Shown piece after piece: positions 44,995-53,509 of a DNA stretch of 62,813 nt. The notes under the pieces are model-generated. The model was given only the letters and a program-made list of their open reading frames with translations, did no database searches and was not told the origin of the DNA. The stretch is from Candidatus Nomurabacteria bacterium (GTDB lineage Bacteria > Patescibacteriota > Minisyncoccia > Phycocordibacterales > UBA9973), in the NCBI GenBank assembly GCA_943359365.1, contig CALRHG010000001.1, positions 1 to 62,813 on the forward strand. The letters are read 5' to 3'. The translations under genes were made by a program, and so were the position numbers. Within the stretch, counting starts at the first letter, position 1. Each line of letters starts with the position of its first letter.

Positions 44995-45025
44995 ACACCA
45001 GCCTTTCGAAAGACTGGTGTTTTTC
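44995..45025 (+). terminator. intrinsic terminator closing the orphan unit
   Basis: ACACCAG-CCTTTCGAAAGA-CTGGTGT followed by TTTT. Confidence 0.7.
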
Positions 45026-45326
45026 GTTAAAGGGTGTGGAAATGTTCCCAAGCAATTGTTCGTTGAAAAATTATGCCAAACCCAGACGGTACTCGTACAC
45101 CGGCGGAAGAAGCTTTCTTCCGAGATCATATGGCACAATGCCATAAAGAACATTTGGAGGTTGCTTTCAGAATCAGCCCCAGATGGAAAAAAAAGAAAGG
45201 AGTAAAAAGAAAAAAAGAAAATCAAGCAAAACTATAAACAATAACCATCAACAAATCGAAAGGAGGTGAGCGAGGTGAGACTCAGAATTAAACTTCTCAT
45301 CTCTCCCTTTCCGAAGAAGTGAGAAG

Positions 45327-45373
45327 TAGCCAGCGCGCGTTCCGAATGGGACCCGCTGGCTATTTTTATTTTT
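45327..45373 (+). terminator. terminator-like hairpin immediately upstream of aspS
   Basis: TAGCCAGCG ... CGCTGGCTA stem followed by TTTTTATTTTT. It ends 25 nt before the aspS ATG. Confidence 0.65.
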
Positions 45374-45397
45374 AATTTATGCTAGAATAAATCCACT

Positions 45398-46738
45398 ATG
45401 CGAAACAGAATATATATCAAAGATTTAAAGGATAATGTCGGAAAAGAGGTGATTATTGCCGGCTGGGTGGATGTGCGGCGGGATCAGGGGAAAATGGTTT
45501 TTTTTGATATGCGGGATATGACCGGAAAGGTGCAGTGCGTGGCTCTGCCTTCTCATGCAGATGTAATTGAAAAAGTAAAAGAAGTTCGTCTGGAATGGGT
45601 TTTGAAAATTACTGGCAAGGTGAATGCTCGTCCGCCGAAAAATGTGAAAGCGGGAGCGATGAACGGGGACATAGAGCTCGAAATTACCGGCGTGGAAGTT
45701 TTGGCGCCGGCGGAGCCTTTGCCTTTCGATATGTCTTTGGACGGATATAATTTGGAATTGACGACCGAGCTTGATAATCGCGCTCTGGTTTTGCGCCATC
45801 CGAAAGTACAGGCGGTTTTCAAAGTGCAGGAGACTATTATCGATGCTTTCCGGGAATTTATGAAGAAAAATATGTTTTTTGAATTCCAGGCGCCGTCTAT
45901 CACACCCGCAGTTGCCGAAGGGGGAAGCGAAGTTTTTCAAGTTAATTATTTTGATAAAAAAGCTTTTTTGACGCAGTCTCCTCAGCTCTACAAGCAAATA
46001 GTCATGAGCGCCTTTGAGAGAGTTTTCTCTGTGAACAAAATTTTTCGCGCAGAGCCAAGCGCGACTACGCGGCATTTGACAGAAGTCGTCTCGCTCGACG
46101 CTGAAATGGCATTCATTGACGGCTGGGAAGATGTGAAAGACATGGCGGAAGGCACGGTGAAATTTATTTTAGAAGAAGTAACAAAAAGAAACGGAGCGGA
46201 GCTTAAGCTTCTCAAAGCCGAACTTCCGGTCATGATAGAAAAAACGCCAACTTTTTCCTTGACGGAAGCGCAAGAGAAAATTTTCAAAGAATACAAGCGC
46301 GATGTGCGGGGCGAGAAAGATTTAAATCCGCAGGACGAGCGGGAACTATGCGAAATCGTCAAAAAAGAAACCGGTTCGGACTTTGTGTTCGTTTACGGCT
46401 ATCCGACGCGCAAAAAGCCTTTTTATGTATATCCAAATCCTGAAGTTCCGGAATTCAACCACGGCATGGACTTACTTTGCCGAGGTCTTGAATGGCTCTC
46501 CGGCGGCCGCAGGATAAACAAATACGACCAGCTGATGGAACATGTAAAAATCTGGAACATGGATCCGAAGAAAATAAAAATGTTCTTGGAGGCCTTCAAG
46601 TACGGGGTGCCACCCGAAGGCGGATTTGCCTTTGGCGCCGAGCGTATAACGATGCAGCTTTTGGGACTAAAAAATATTCGCGAGGCCTGCATGTTTCCTA
46701 GAGACATGGAAAGAATTGATGAAAGACTCTCTGAATAA
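45398..46738 (+). CDS. aspS: aspartate--tRNA ligase, short archaeal/eukaryal type
   Basis: OB-fold N-terminus, QSPQLYKQ, FRAEPSATTRHLTEVVSLDAEMAF, GGFAFGAERITM; 446 aa. Confidence 0.85.
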   Translation: MRNRIYIKDLKDNVGKEVIIAGWVDVRRDQGKMVFFDMRDMTGKVQCVALPSHADVIEKVKEVRLEWVLKITGKVNARPPKNVKAGAMNGDIELEITGVEVLAPAEPLPFDMSLDGYNLELTTELDNRALVLRHPKVQAVFKVQETIIDAFREFMKKNMFFEFQAPSITPAVAEGGSEVFQVNYFDKKAFLTQSPQLYKQIVMSAFERVFSVNKIFRAEPSATTRHLTEVVSLDAEMAFIDGWEDVKDMAEGTVKFILEEVTKRNGAELKLLKAELPVMIEKTPTFSLTEAQEKIFKEYKRDVRGEKDLNPQDERELCEIVKKETGSDFVFVYGYPTRKKPFYVYPNPEVPEFNHGMDLLCRGLEWLSGGRRINKYDQLMEHVKIWNMDPKKIKMFLEAFKYGVPPEGGFAFGAERITMQLLGLKNIREACMFPRDMERIDERLSE

Positions 46739-47069
46739 TTTAATTGCTGGGAAAGTAGTAAAAGGCGACGGGTACGGCAGGAAATTGGGTTTTCCGACTG
46801 TAAACTTGGAAACCGGAGGCGCAAAACTGCCTACGGCTGGGGTGTATTCCGGCACTGCAATTTTAGATAAAAAAAAATATAAATCTGGTATTCTTATCAA
46901 CCCAAGCGGCAAAGTAGAAGCGCATCTTTTGGAATACGCGGGAGACGCTTATGGGCGCGAAGTCACTCTCGAAATAAATAAATTTCTGCGAGAATATAAA
47001 AAATTCGATTCTGAAGAAGAATTAATCGCGCAGATTAAAAAAGATTTAATTATATGTTCACAGGCATAA
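46716..47069 (+). CDS. monofunctional riboflavin kinase (RibF C-terminal-type domain only)
   Basis: GKVVKGDGYGRKLGFPTVNLE, GVYSGTA, VEAHLLEYAGDAYGREVTLEINKFLREYKKFDSEEELIAQIKKD. It overlaps the aspS end by 23 nt. Confidence 0.75.
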   Translation: MMKDSLNNLIAGKVVKGDGYGRKLGFPTVNLETGGAKLPTAGVYSGTAILDKKKYKSGILINPSGKVEAHLLEYAGDAYGREVTLEINKFLREYKKFDSEEELIAQIKKDLIICSQA

Positions 47070-47632
47070 TAAAAAAAACTTCAAAAATAAAAAATATCAA
47101 GACGCAGGGCGGCAGCTTTGTGGTTGAAATTCAGAATAATTTAGGAAAAATAAAATTGGGCGAAAGCATCACGGTCAATGGTGTTTGCTCAACTGTCAAA
47201 AAAACAGGCAAAAATATTTCTTTCGAATACATTCCGGAAACATTAAAGCTCTCGAATCTGGGCTCTTTGAAGAAAGGTGATATAGTGAACTTAGAGCAGT
47301 CAATGCGAATGAATGACAAGCTCGACGGGCACATAGTTTTGGGGCATATAGACGGTAAGGGAGAAATTCTTGATATAAAAAAAGAAGGGAATTCGCGGGT
47401 GTTTAGCATTAAAATTCCCGCAAAACAGTTAATGAAACTTCTTGTTTATAAGGGTTCAGTTGCAGTAGAAGGCATCAGCTTGACTGTGGCAAAAGTTTTG
47501 CGAAATTCTTTTATCGTGAAAATTATTCCATACACACTCGCGCATACGAATTTGAAATATAAAAATAAAGGAGAAGAAGTAAATTTAGAATTTGATATAC
47601 TGGCTAAATACGCGTATGCAAATAAAAAATAA
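47054..47632 (+). CDS. ribE: riboflavin synthase
   Basis: MFTGII start and duplicated lumazine-binding repeats (SITVNGVCSTV / SVAVEGISLTV). Confidence 0.9.
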   Translation: MFTGIIKKTSKIKNIKTQGGSFVVEIQNNLGKIKLGESITVNGVCSTVKKTGKNISFEYIPETLKLSNLGSLKKGDIVNLEQSMRMNDKLDGHIVLGHIDGKGEILDIKKEGNSRVFSIKIPAKQLMKLLVYKGSVAVEGISLTVAKVLRNSFIVKIIPYTLAHTNLKYKNKGEEVNLEFDILAKYAYANKK

Positions 47633-48062
47633 AAAAATTATATATCTGAATGGATCCAGGCTCAAAGTTTGCATTGTTGTCGCAAGATGGAATGGTGAAA
47701 TCACTAGCAAGCTTTTGGAAAGCGCACTGGCGGCTTTGAAAAAATGCAAAATGCTAGATAAAAATATAAGAGTGGTTCATGTTGCTGGAGCTGTTGAAAT
47801 TCCTTTTGCGCTTCATAAATTGGCCCAGTCAGGCAAATATGATTTTCTGGTGGCGATTGGGTGCGTGATTCGCGGGGAGACTCCGCATTTTGATTATGTC
47901 TGCAAAATGGCGCAGGAAGGAGTTTTGGAAGTAATGCTCGAAGATGATATTCCCGTTGGTTTCGGTATTCTAACCATGAACAATCTCGCGCAGGCAAAAA
48001 AAAGATTTCATGTCGGCGGTGAAGCGGCGTTGGCGGCGTTAGAACTTGCTTTAATAAAGTAG
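47592..48062 (+). CDS. ribH: 6,7-dimethyl-8-ribityllumazine synthase
   Basis: [36 protein letters not shown]. The start may be ATG 47616. Confidence 0.9.
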   Translation: MIYWLNTRMQIKNKKIIYLNGSRLKVCIVVARWNGEITSKLLESALAALKKCKMLDKNIRVVHVAGAVEIPFALHKLAQSGKYDFLVAIGCVIRGETPHFDYVCKMAQEGVLEVMLEDDIPVGFGILTMNNLAQAKKRFHVGGEAALAALELALIK

Positions 48063-48066
48063 AATT

Positions 48067-49305
48067 ATGAAGAAAATTAAAAAAACCGAATACAAGTTAA
48101 ATTCTATACAAGATGCTATTGCTGATATAAAATCTGGAAAAGTTGTAATTGTGGTAGACGATGCCAATCGCGAGAACGAAGGAGATTTTATCACGGCGGC
48201 ACAAAATGCGACTCCAGAGATAATAAATTTTATGGCAATCCACGGCCGCGGACTTGTGTGTGCCGCTCTTCCACCCGAGCGATGCGAAGAGCTTGAGCTT
48301 CCGATGATGTCTTCTAAAAATACTTCTCTTCAGTCCACTTCCTTTACTGTTTCGGTGGATTTGCTGGGTCATGGCTGCACCACCGGTATTTCTGCGCACG
48401 ACCGAGCGAAGACGATACAGGCCTTGATTGATCCTTCCATAAAGCCTCAAGATCTCGGACGTCCAGGGCACATTTTTCCTATTCAGGCGAAAGGCGGCGG
48501 AGTGCTCCGCAGAGCCGGGCATACTGAAGCGGCTGTTGACCTTTCAAATTTGGCGGGCATGGAACCGGCGGGGATTCTCGTAGAGATTATGAACAAAGAC
48601 GGCACGATGGCGCGGCTTCCAGAATTATTTAAAATTGCGCAAAAGTTTAAATTAAAAATAATCAGCATTGAAGATTTAATTCGCTACAGACTTCAAAAAG
48701 AGACTCTCGTAAAAAAAGAAGTGCAGGTAAAACTGCCGACCAAATGGGGAGACTTTGATTTGTATGCTTATAGTCGCAAAGACAACGGCGAAGAAAATTT
48801 GGCTTTAGTAAAAGGCAAATGGAAAAAAGACGAGCCTGTATTGGTACGCGTGCATTCTTCCTGCATTACCGGAGATGTTTTCGGATCTTTCAGGTGTGAT
48901 TGCGGACCGCAGCTCCATGTGGCTATGGAGAAAATTTCTCGTGAAGGCAAAGGCGTGATTGTATATATGAATCAGGAGGGCAGGGGAATCGGCTTGTTGA
49001 ATAAATTGAAAGCTTACAAGCTCCAAGAGCAGGGCCTCGACACCGTGGAAGCAAATTTGAAACTTGGTTTCAAGATGGACGAACGGGATTATGGCATAGG
49101 AGCGCAGATCTTGCGGGATTTGGGCGTCTCTAAGATAAGACTTTTGACGAACAATCCTAAAAAACGAGCCGGACTCGTGGGCTACGGGCTAGAAATCGTG
49201 GAAAATGTTCCGATAGAAATAAAATCAAACGAATACAACAAAGATTACCTTTTGACCAAGCGCAACAAAATGGGGCATGTGCTGCTCGATTTAGACAAGC
49301 TTTAG
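48067..49305 (+). CDS. ribBA: bifunctional 3,4-dihydroxy-2-butanone-4-phosphate synthase / GTP cyclohydrolase II
   Basis: [21 protein letters not shown], then [24 protein letters not shown] and EGRGIGL. Confidence 0.9.
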   Translation: MKKIKKTEYKLNSIQDAIADIKSGKVVIVVDDANRENEGDFITAAQNATPEIINFMAIHGRGLVCAALPPERCEELELPMMSSKNTSLQSTSFTVSVDLLGHGCTTGISAHDRAKTIQALIDPSIKPQDLGRPGHIFPIQAKGGGVLRRAGHTEAAVDLSNLAGMEPAGILVEIMNKDGTMARLPELFKIAQKFKLKIISIEDLIRYRLQKETLVKKEVQVKLPTKWGDFDLYAYSRKDNGEENLALVKGKWKKDEPVLVRVHSSCITGDVFGSFRCDCGPQLHVAMEKISREGKGVIVYMNQEGRGIGLLNKLKAYKLQEQGLDTVEANLKLGFKMDERDYGIGAQILRDLGVSKIRLLTNNPKKRAGLVGYGLEIVENVPIEIKSNEYNKDYLLTKRNKMGHVLLDLDKL

Positions 49306-49848
49306 AACCGGCGCTTTGACGCCGTCTTTAATTTTCTTTTTTGATGTAAAGACTTGTGTTTCGTCATATAAATTATTTTTAATAAAGCTGTTTAGAAGCT
49401 CCGCTCCGCCTTCTACGAGGAGTGACTGGATATTTCTTTTGTAAAGCTCTTTCAGAATCTGCGAAAGTGTGTTTTTTTTGAAATTTATTTTTACGAATTC
49501 CAAATTTCGCTCAGAGCGTGTGCTTTTGGCGGTGAAAATTATTGTGGGCGTACTTTTATCCAGCAAATTAAAATTTTTAGGTATTTTTAAATTTCGGTCG
49601 ATGGTTATTCGAAGGGGATTTTTACCTTTTACCTCGCGCGTCGTCAGGCGCGGATTGTCGAGGAGCGCAGTATTAGTGCCTACCATGATGGCATCCACTT
49701 CGCTTCTCAATTTATGCGTCGCTATTTTGTCCTTCTTGTCGCTTATTTGCAGAGCTTTTTCCAAACTGCCGAAAACTCGTTTTCGGTCAATAAAGCCGTC
49801 AGCCGTTTGCGCCCATCTTAAAATAATATAAGGGCGTTTTTTAACCAT
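49291..49848 (-). CDS. RibD C-terminal-type reductase domain protein (no deaminase domain)
   Basis: [47 protein letters not shown]; only 185 aa. Confidence 0.7.
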   Translation of the reverse strand: MVKKRPYIILRWAQTADGFIDRKRVFGSLEKALQISDKKDKIATHKLRSEVDAIMVGTNTALLDNPRLTTREVKGKNPLRITIDRNLKIPKNFNLLDKSTPTIIFTAKSTRSERNLEFVKINFKKNTLSQILKELYKRNIQSLLVEGGAELLNSFIKNNLYDETQVFTSKKKIKDGVKAPVLKLV

Positions 49849-50730
49849 TTAATTATTTGGAATCTCGAGGACTTCCACCTGCGTATCAAAAGATGCATCT
49901 TTGATCAGGATTGCGTTGGTGATGAAAAGTTTGTTGCAGGAATTATTTAGTATTTTATCCGCGATTCTGTGGCCGGCGAAGACTCCGTGCGTCGCTCCGA
50001 CGATTATTTTCTTCGCTCCGCGAGCTTTCAAATGGTCTATCGCGCGGACAATCGTCCCACCGGTAGAAATAATGTCGTCCAAGATGCAGACATTTTTTCC
50101 TTCAACATCTATTTCTCCTTCCATCGTGGCTATCTCGGCGTGGATTCCGGTATCTGTGCCATTTTCTTTGCTATCGCCGCGCACTTTTTTAAGTGAATGG
50201 CTCAGCTGTCCTTTGGCATTTTCCGTAAAATATGAAGAACCTTCGTCGGGCGACACTACGACAAATTCATCATTTTTTTTACCGAACCATTTTTTTGCGT
50301 AAGCGTAAAGCTCCGGTCCGGCGGATCTGTTTTCTATCGCGAGCCCTTCTCGCTCGAAATCTCCCGGCTTGGACAAGAAGTGGCAATCGTAAGTGATTAA
50401 TTTTTTCACGCCGAAAGATTTCAAAAGTCCGCAAAGCAAATCCGCGCTGACGGCTTCTCCGGCTTTTTTTTCTTTGTCTTGGCGGGCATAGGGGAGGTAA
50501 GGCGCGAAAAGCTCGATATCTTTTGTTTCTTTCTGCAGGCGAGATAAAATGAGCATTAACTCAAATATTCTCTTGTCTTGCTCAGGGTAGAGCCTGTGAT
50601 ATATTCGGACAGGTTCGCCTTTCAGCTTCTCAATCTCAGGAATTAAAACATAAGACTCATTGTCCGGAAAATGCTTGATAATAATGTTTGGTTTCCCAAA
50701 ATCCGCACAATAAGGGGTGATTAATTTCAT
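49849..50730 (-). CDS. prs: ribose-phosphate pyrophosphokinase
   Basis: ARQDK motif and PRPP-binding loop ILDDIISTGGT. I trimmed the start to ATG 50730 (MKLITPY..). Confidence 0.85.
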   Translation of the reverse strand: MKLITPYCADFGKPNIIIKHFPDNESYVLIPEIEKLKGEPVRIYHRLYPEQDKRIFELMLILSRLQKETKDIELFAPYLPYARQDKEKKAGEAVSADLLCGLLKSFGVKKLITYDCHFLSKPGDFEREGLAIENRSAGPELYAYAKKWFGKKNDEFVVVSPDEGSSYFTENAKGQLSHSLKKVRGDSKENGTDTGIHAEIATMEGEIDVEGKNVCILDDIISTGGTIVRAIDHLKARGAKKIIVGATHGVFAGHRIADKILNNSCNKLFITNAILIKDASFDTQVEVLEIPNN

Positions 50731-50831
50731 GCACAGATTGTATATTATTTTAAGGAAATTTACAAATAAAAAAGGCGGGTCGTTCTTCCGAACAAACACC
50801 GCTCTAATTTTTTGCGTTGGCAAGACGTGAT

Positions 50832-51002
50832 TCAGATTTCGTCTAGACGTTTTCCTGTGCGCCTATTTATTTCGCAGTGTTTGCAATAATCTCCGGGGAC
50901 GCATCCCCAGTCACCCCTAGGCCAAGTGATACGATCTTCTTCAACTCTTTCCCACTCGTGTTTTCCTGTGGGCGATTTTTCGCATTCAGGTTTTTCAGTC
51001 AT
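50832..51002 (-). CDS. 56-aa Cys-containing hypothetical protein (not in the ORF track)
   Basis: Manual translation gives MTEKPECEKSPTGKHEWERVEEDRITWPRGDWGCVPGDYCKHCEINRRTGKRLDEI*. GGAAGGA lies upstream. A hairpin with a GGAA loop plus a T6 run lies downstream on the minus strand (about 50774-50803). Confidence 0.45.
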   Translation of the reverse strand: MTEKPECEKSPTGKHEWERVEEDRITWPRGDWGCVPGDYCKHCEINRRTGKRLDEI

Positions 51003-51076
51003 AACTTTTTCCTTCCAAAGAACTAACTACACTCTTTTGGTGAGTGTCGGCCAAGCATTGTCTCGGTACAACGCAA

Positions 51077-51108
51077 AACCCCTTCCTAAACAAACTTAGG
51101 AAGGGGTT
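51077..51108 (-). terminator. intrinsic terminator after the second TrpR-like gene
   Basis: AACCCCTTCCTAA / TTAGGAAGGGGTT forms a 13-bp stem, followed on the minus strand by TTTTGCGTTG. Confidence 0.75.
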
Positions 51109-51131
51109 AGTTTCGAAAAATAATTAAAAAA

Positions 51132-51530
51132 TTACGAGCTCAAAAGCAACCCTTTGCTAAGTTTGGAAGAGTTACTATGATGGCTTGCTAATCTATTCAA
51201 AATCAAACGGTATCCGCCAAGCGAACCTTTGAGCCACTTAGCTATGCGGGCGATAGTGGCGGAAGAAAGACCAGTACTTTCGCTGATGGCGTTGTATTGC
51301 ACATCTTTGGAAAGGAGTGTTGCAGCTTCGAGACGATTGGCGAATTCTTTGATTTCGGCTTCGGTCATTAGGTCACGCAGAAAAAGCTTTGCCTCGTCGG
51401 GGCTTTTCAATTCTAAAATACCGGCAACAAATTGCTTGTTTATTCTCGCATTCCAGTCAATAACAGGTCCAATCTGCTGGACCATTTTGACTGTCTTTAC
51501 TCTTGTTTTGTCATTCATTCCTTTACTCAT
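51132..51530 (-). CDS. Trp-repressor-like protein (TrpR / YerC-YecD family), second copy
   Basis: FLRDLMTEAEIKEFANRLEAATLLSKDVQYNAISESTGLSSATIARIAKWLKGSLGGY. Confidence 0.65.
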   Translation of the reverse strand: MSKGMNDKTRVKTVKMVQQIGPVIDWNARINKQFVAGILELKSPDEAKLFLRDLMTEAEIKEFANRLEAATLLSKDVQYNAISESTGLSSATIARIAKWLKGSLGGYRLILNRLASHHSNSSKLSKGLLLSS

Positions 51531-51536
51531 TCCGAT

Positions 51537-51565
51537 ACTTTAGCAAACTAAAGTACTTTAGTCAA
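51537..51565 (-). promoter_or_regulatory. promoter with an embedded 14-bp palindrome for the second TrpR-like gene
   Basis: On the minus strand: TTGACT-N17-TAAAGT, then 6 nt, then ATG 51530. The spacer contains the perfect palindrome CTAAAGTACTTTAG (51548-51561). Confidence 0.55.
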
Positions 51566-51640
51566 GTAAAGTAACTGCCGAGGTGTGGATAACCCCGAAC
51601 CAGAGCAAGCTCGGTACGGGGCAGGCTTTTTCTATTGTCT

Positions 51641-51671
51641 TATTCGTACGAATGGGTAAATAGCGAAATTA
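51641..51671. repeat. conserved ~30-nt element containing the palindrome ATTCGTACGAAT, copy B
   Basis: TTATTCGTACGAATGGGTAAATAGCGAAATTA matches 20713-20743. Confidence 0.7.
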
Positions 51672-51683
51672 GGTCTAATTTAT

Positions 51684-52382
51684 TTAATATTGCGCAAGTT
51701 TAGCTCTGCCGGGAAAATTTTTTAGCTGAAATTGCGAGTTTTTATTGTCGCGTTTTAATTTTTTAAATTTGAGCACCATGCGCTCGAGTTCGGTCGAGGC
51801 TTTGTTTATGTAATTTTTCATAATTTTTTGCATCTGTTCTTTCATAAAAAGGTAATGAACTCTGTCGAGCTCTTTAAATCCCCAGTTTTCTTTATATAAA
51901 ATGTCATGCTCGATCTCCGCCCAGGCATGCTCTAATATCAGGCAAAGCTGCACTTCGCATTCCAAGCCATCAAACGCATTATACTCGGATAGTTTCAGTC
52001 TTTCTTTTCCTAAATATAAGACTGCGTGGATAGCTTGATATCCGGATACTTTTTTAGTCTTCTCTATCTTAAGCGAGTTTTTAAATTCTTTTTGCAGTCT
52101 TCCGATAAATTTTCTTCTGTCGTTTCCCGTGTAAAAGATCACTCTTACCCCGGCGATATCTTTTATGTCTTCCAGTTTTATATATATTTTCCCTTTTAAA
52201 AGTTTCCGCTCGATCTTTTCCCTCAGGCTTTCGGCTTGTTTCAGTCGGGAGTACATATAACATTTATATCCTCCCTTTTTCAGTATGTCCTCCAAAAGAA
52301 AATTTACCGCACTGGTGAATTCTTTGTATAAACCTGCTTTAGTTTTATATTCTTTCAGAATTTTTTTTGCGTGGTGGTTCAT
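51684..52382 (-). CDS. small RelA/SpoT-domain (p)ppGpp/ppApp synthetase-like protein (SAS; possible toxSAS)
   Basis: YSRLKQAESLREKIERK, DIAGVRVIFY, SGYQAIHAVL, ECEVQLCLILEHAWAEIEHDILYK. This is a synthetase-domain pattern with no hydrolase domain. Confidence 0.75.
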   Translation of the reverse strand: MNHHAKKILKEYKTKAGLYKEFTSAVNFLLEDILKKGGYKCYMYSRLKQAESLREKIERKLLKGKIYIKLEDIKDIAGVRVIFYTGNDRRKFIGRLQKEFKNSLKIEKTKKVSGYQAIHAVLYLGKERLKLSEYNAFDGLECEVQLCLILEHAWAEIEHDILYKENWGFKELDRVHYLFMKEQMQKIMKNYINKASTELERMVLKFKKLKRDNKNSQFQLKNFPGRAKLAQY

Positions 52383-52387
52383 CCGGT

Positions 52388-52579
52388 TTATATATACTCC
52401 ATGTCGTATATTGCAAGAGCTTCTTCAATACAAGCGGAGCACTGAGAGAACCGCACAGGGATCCTTTCATCCGGATCTCTATCTCGCAGATGTTCCGGCT
52501 TCTCGAAATGCCACTTGTTGTCATACTTAAACACATAACATCTCCTGCACATTTCTAATACTTCTCTTGTTTTTAACAT
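52388..52579 (-). CDS. 63-aa zinc-ribbon protein (candidate cognate antitoxin)
   Basis: CRRC ... CSAC pairs. It ends 5 nt before the SAS start codon. Confidence 0.5.
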   Translation of the reverse strand: MLKTREVLEMCRRCYVFKYDNKWHFEKPEHLRDRDPDERIPVRFSQCSACIEEALAIYDMEYI

Positions 52580-52840
52580 TTTTTATTTTATTAGTTAATT
52601 TGAGAATGTATCAAGCGACTTTGTTATAGAAATTTTCCTATAAACTTAATACAATTTTAATAATAACTTAATAATAACTTTTTTTGAATATTCTTGTCAA
52701 TATTTTTTAGCCCCTTTTATTACTTTTTTGTTAATAAACTGTGTATAACTTTTAATATAAATTTAATATATGATAATGTCATTTTAATATGGGGTAGGAG
52801 GGGCTTGAAAAAATATCAAAAAAGTATTAGTATACTAACT

Positions 52841-53509
52841 ATGAATATTTTAGTCATAGAGGACGAGCAGAAGCTCGTAGATATATTAAAAAAAGCTCTT
52901 ACGAAACAGGGCTATACTGTGGACACAGCCTTGGACGGGAAAAAGGGGCTAGAGAAAGCTCTAAAGAACAGCTACGGGCTTATTATCCTCGATCTGATGC
53001 TTCCTAAAAAAGACGGCAAGGAAGTTTGCCGAGAATTGCGCAACCGCCAGATCCATACTCCCATTATCATGCTGACAGCTTTAGGTCTTCTCGAAGACAA
53101 AATTCACGGGCTGGATGTGGGAGCGGACGACTATCTGTTGAAGCCATTCGAGATGAATGAGCTTTTTGCGCGGATTCGAGCGTTGCTCCGAAGGCCTAAA
53201 GTAACCGATACTCTTATATACAAAGTAGGAGACCTGGTTATGGATACAAAGGCGCACGAGGTCACTAGGGCAGGGAAAAGAATCGCTCTGACTCCAAAGG
53301 AGTATAGGATTCTAGACACCTTGCTGCGGCAGAAAGGGGGAGCGATAACCAGAGACGAGCTTATCCGCGAGGCCTGGGGTCAGGATTTCAAAGAAGAGAA
53401 TCATGAACTGAATGTGCATATACGCTACTTGAGAAATAAGATCGACAAAGGGCAGAAGAAGGCGCTTGTTCATACTGTGCGCGGCGTTGGGTACACTATC
53501 AAAGAATAG
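52841..53509 (+). CDS. OmpR-family response regulator
   Basis: MNILVIEDE, LIILDLMLP receiver aspartate, and a winged-helix output (LTPKEYRILDTLL, VHTVRGVGY). I trimmed the start to ATG 52841, preceded by TTGAAA-N17-TAGTAT-N7. Confidence 0.9.
   Translation: MNILVIEDEQKLVDILKKALTKQGYTVDTALDGKKGLEKALKNSYGLIILDLMLPKKDGKEVCRELRNRQIHTPIIMLTALGLLEDKIHGLDVGADDYLLKPFEMNELFARIRALLRRPKVTDTLIYKVGDLVMDTKAHEVTRAGKRIALTPKEYRILDTLLRQKGGAITRDELIREAWGQDFKEENHELNVHIRYLRNKIDKGQKKALVHTVRGVGYTIKE

Noticed and set aside
44794-45225. 143-aa minus-strand ORF filling the trpG-aspS spacer
   Set aside because: It runs through two plus-strand terminator hairpins. Its translation is F/S-rich and low-complexity, and there is no promoter or start context. 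I judge the spacer non-coding or limited to very small ORFs.
45328-45361. tRNA- or tmRNA-like T-loop (CGTTCCGAATGGGAC)
   Set aside because: It is simply the loop of a terminator hairpin. No cloverleaf or tag reading frame is present.
46700-47060. FMN riboswitch ahead of the riboflavin genes
   Set aside because: There is no intergenic space, because the riboflavin kinase gene overlaps aspS and ribE overlaps the kinase gene.
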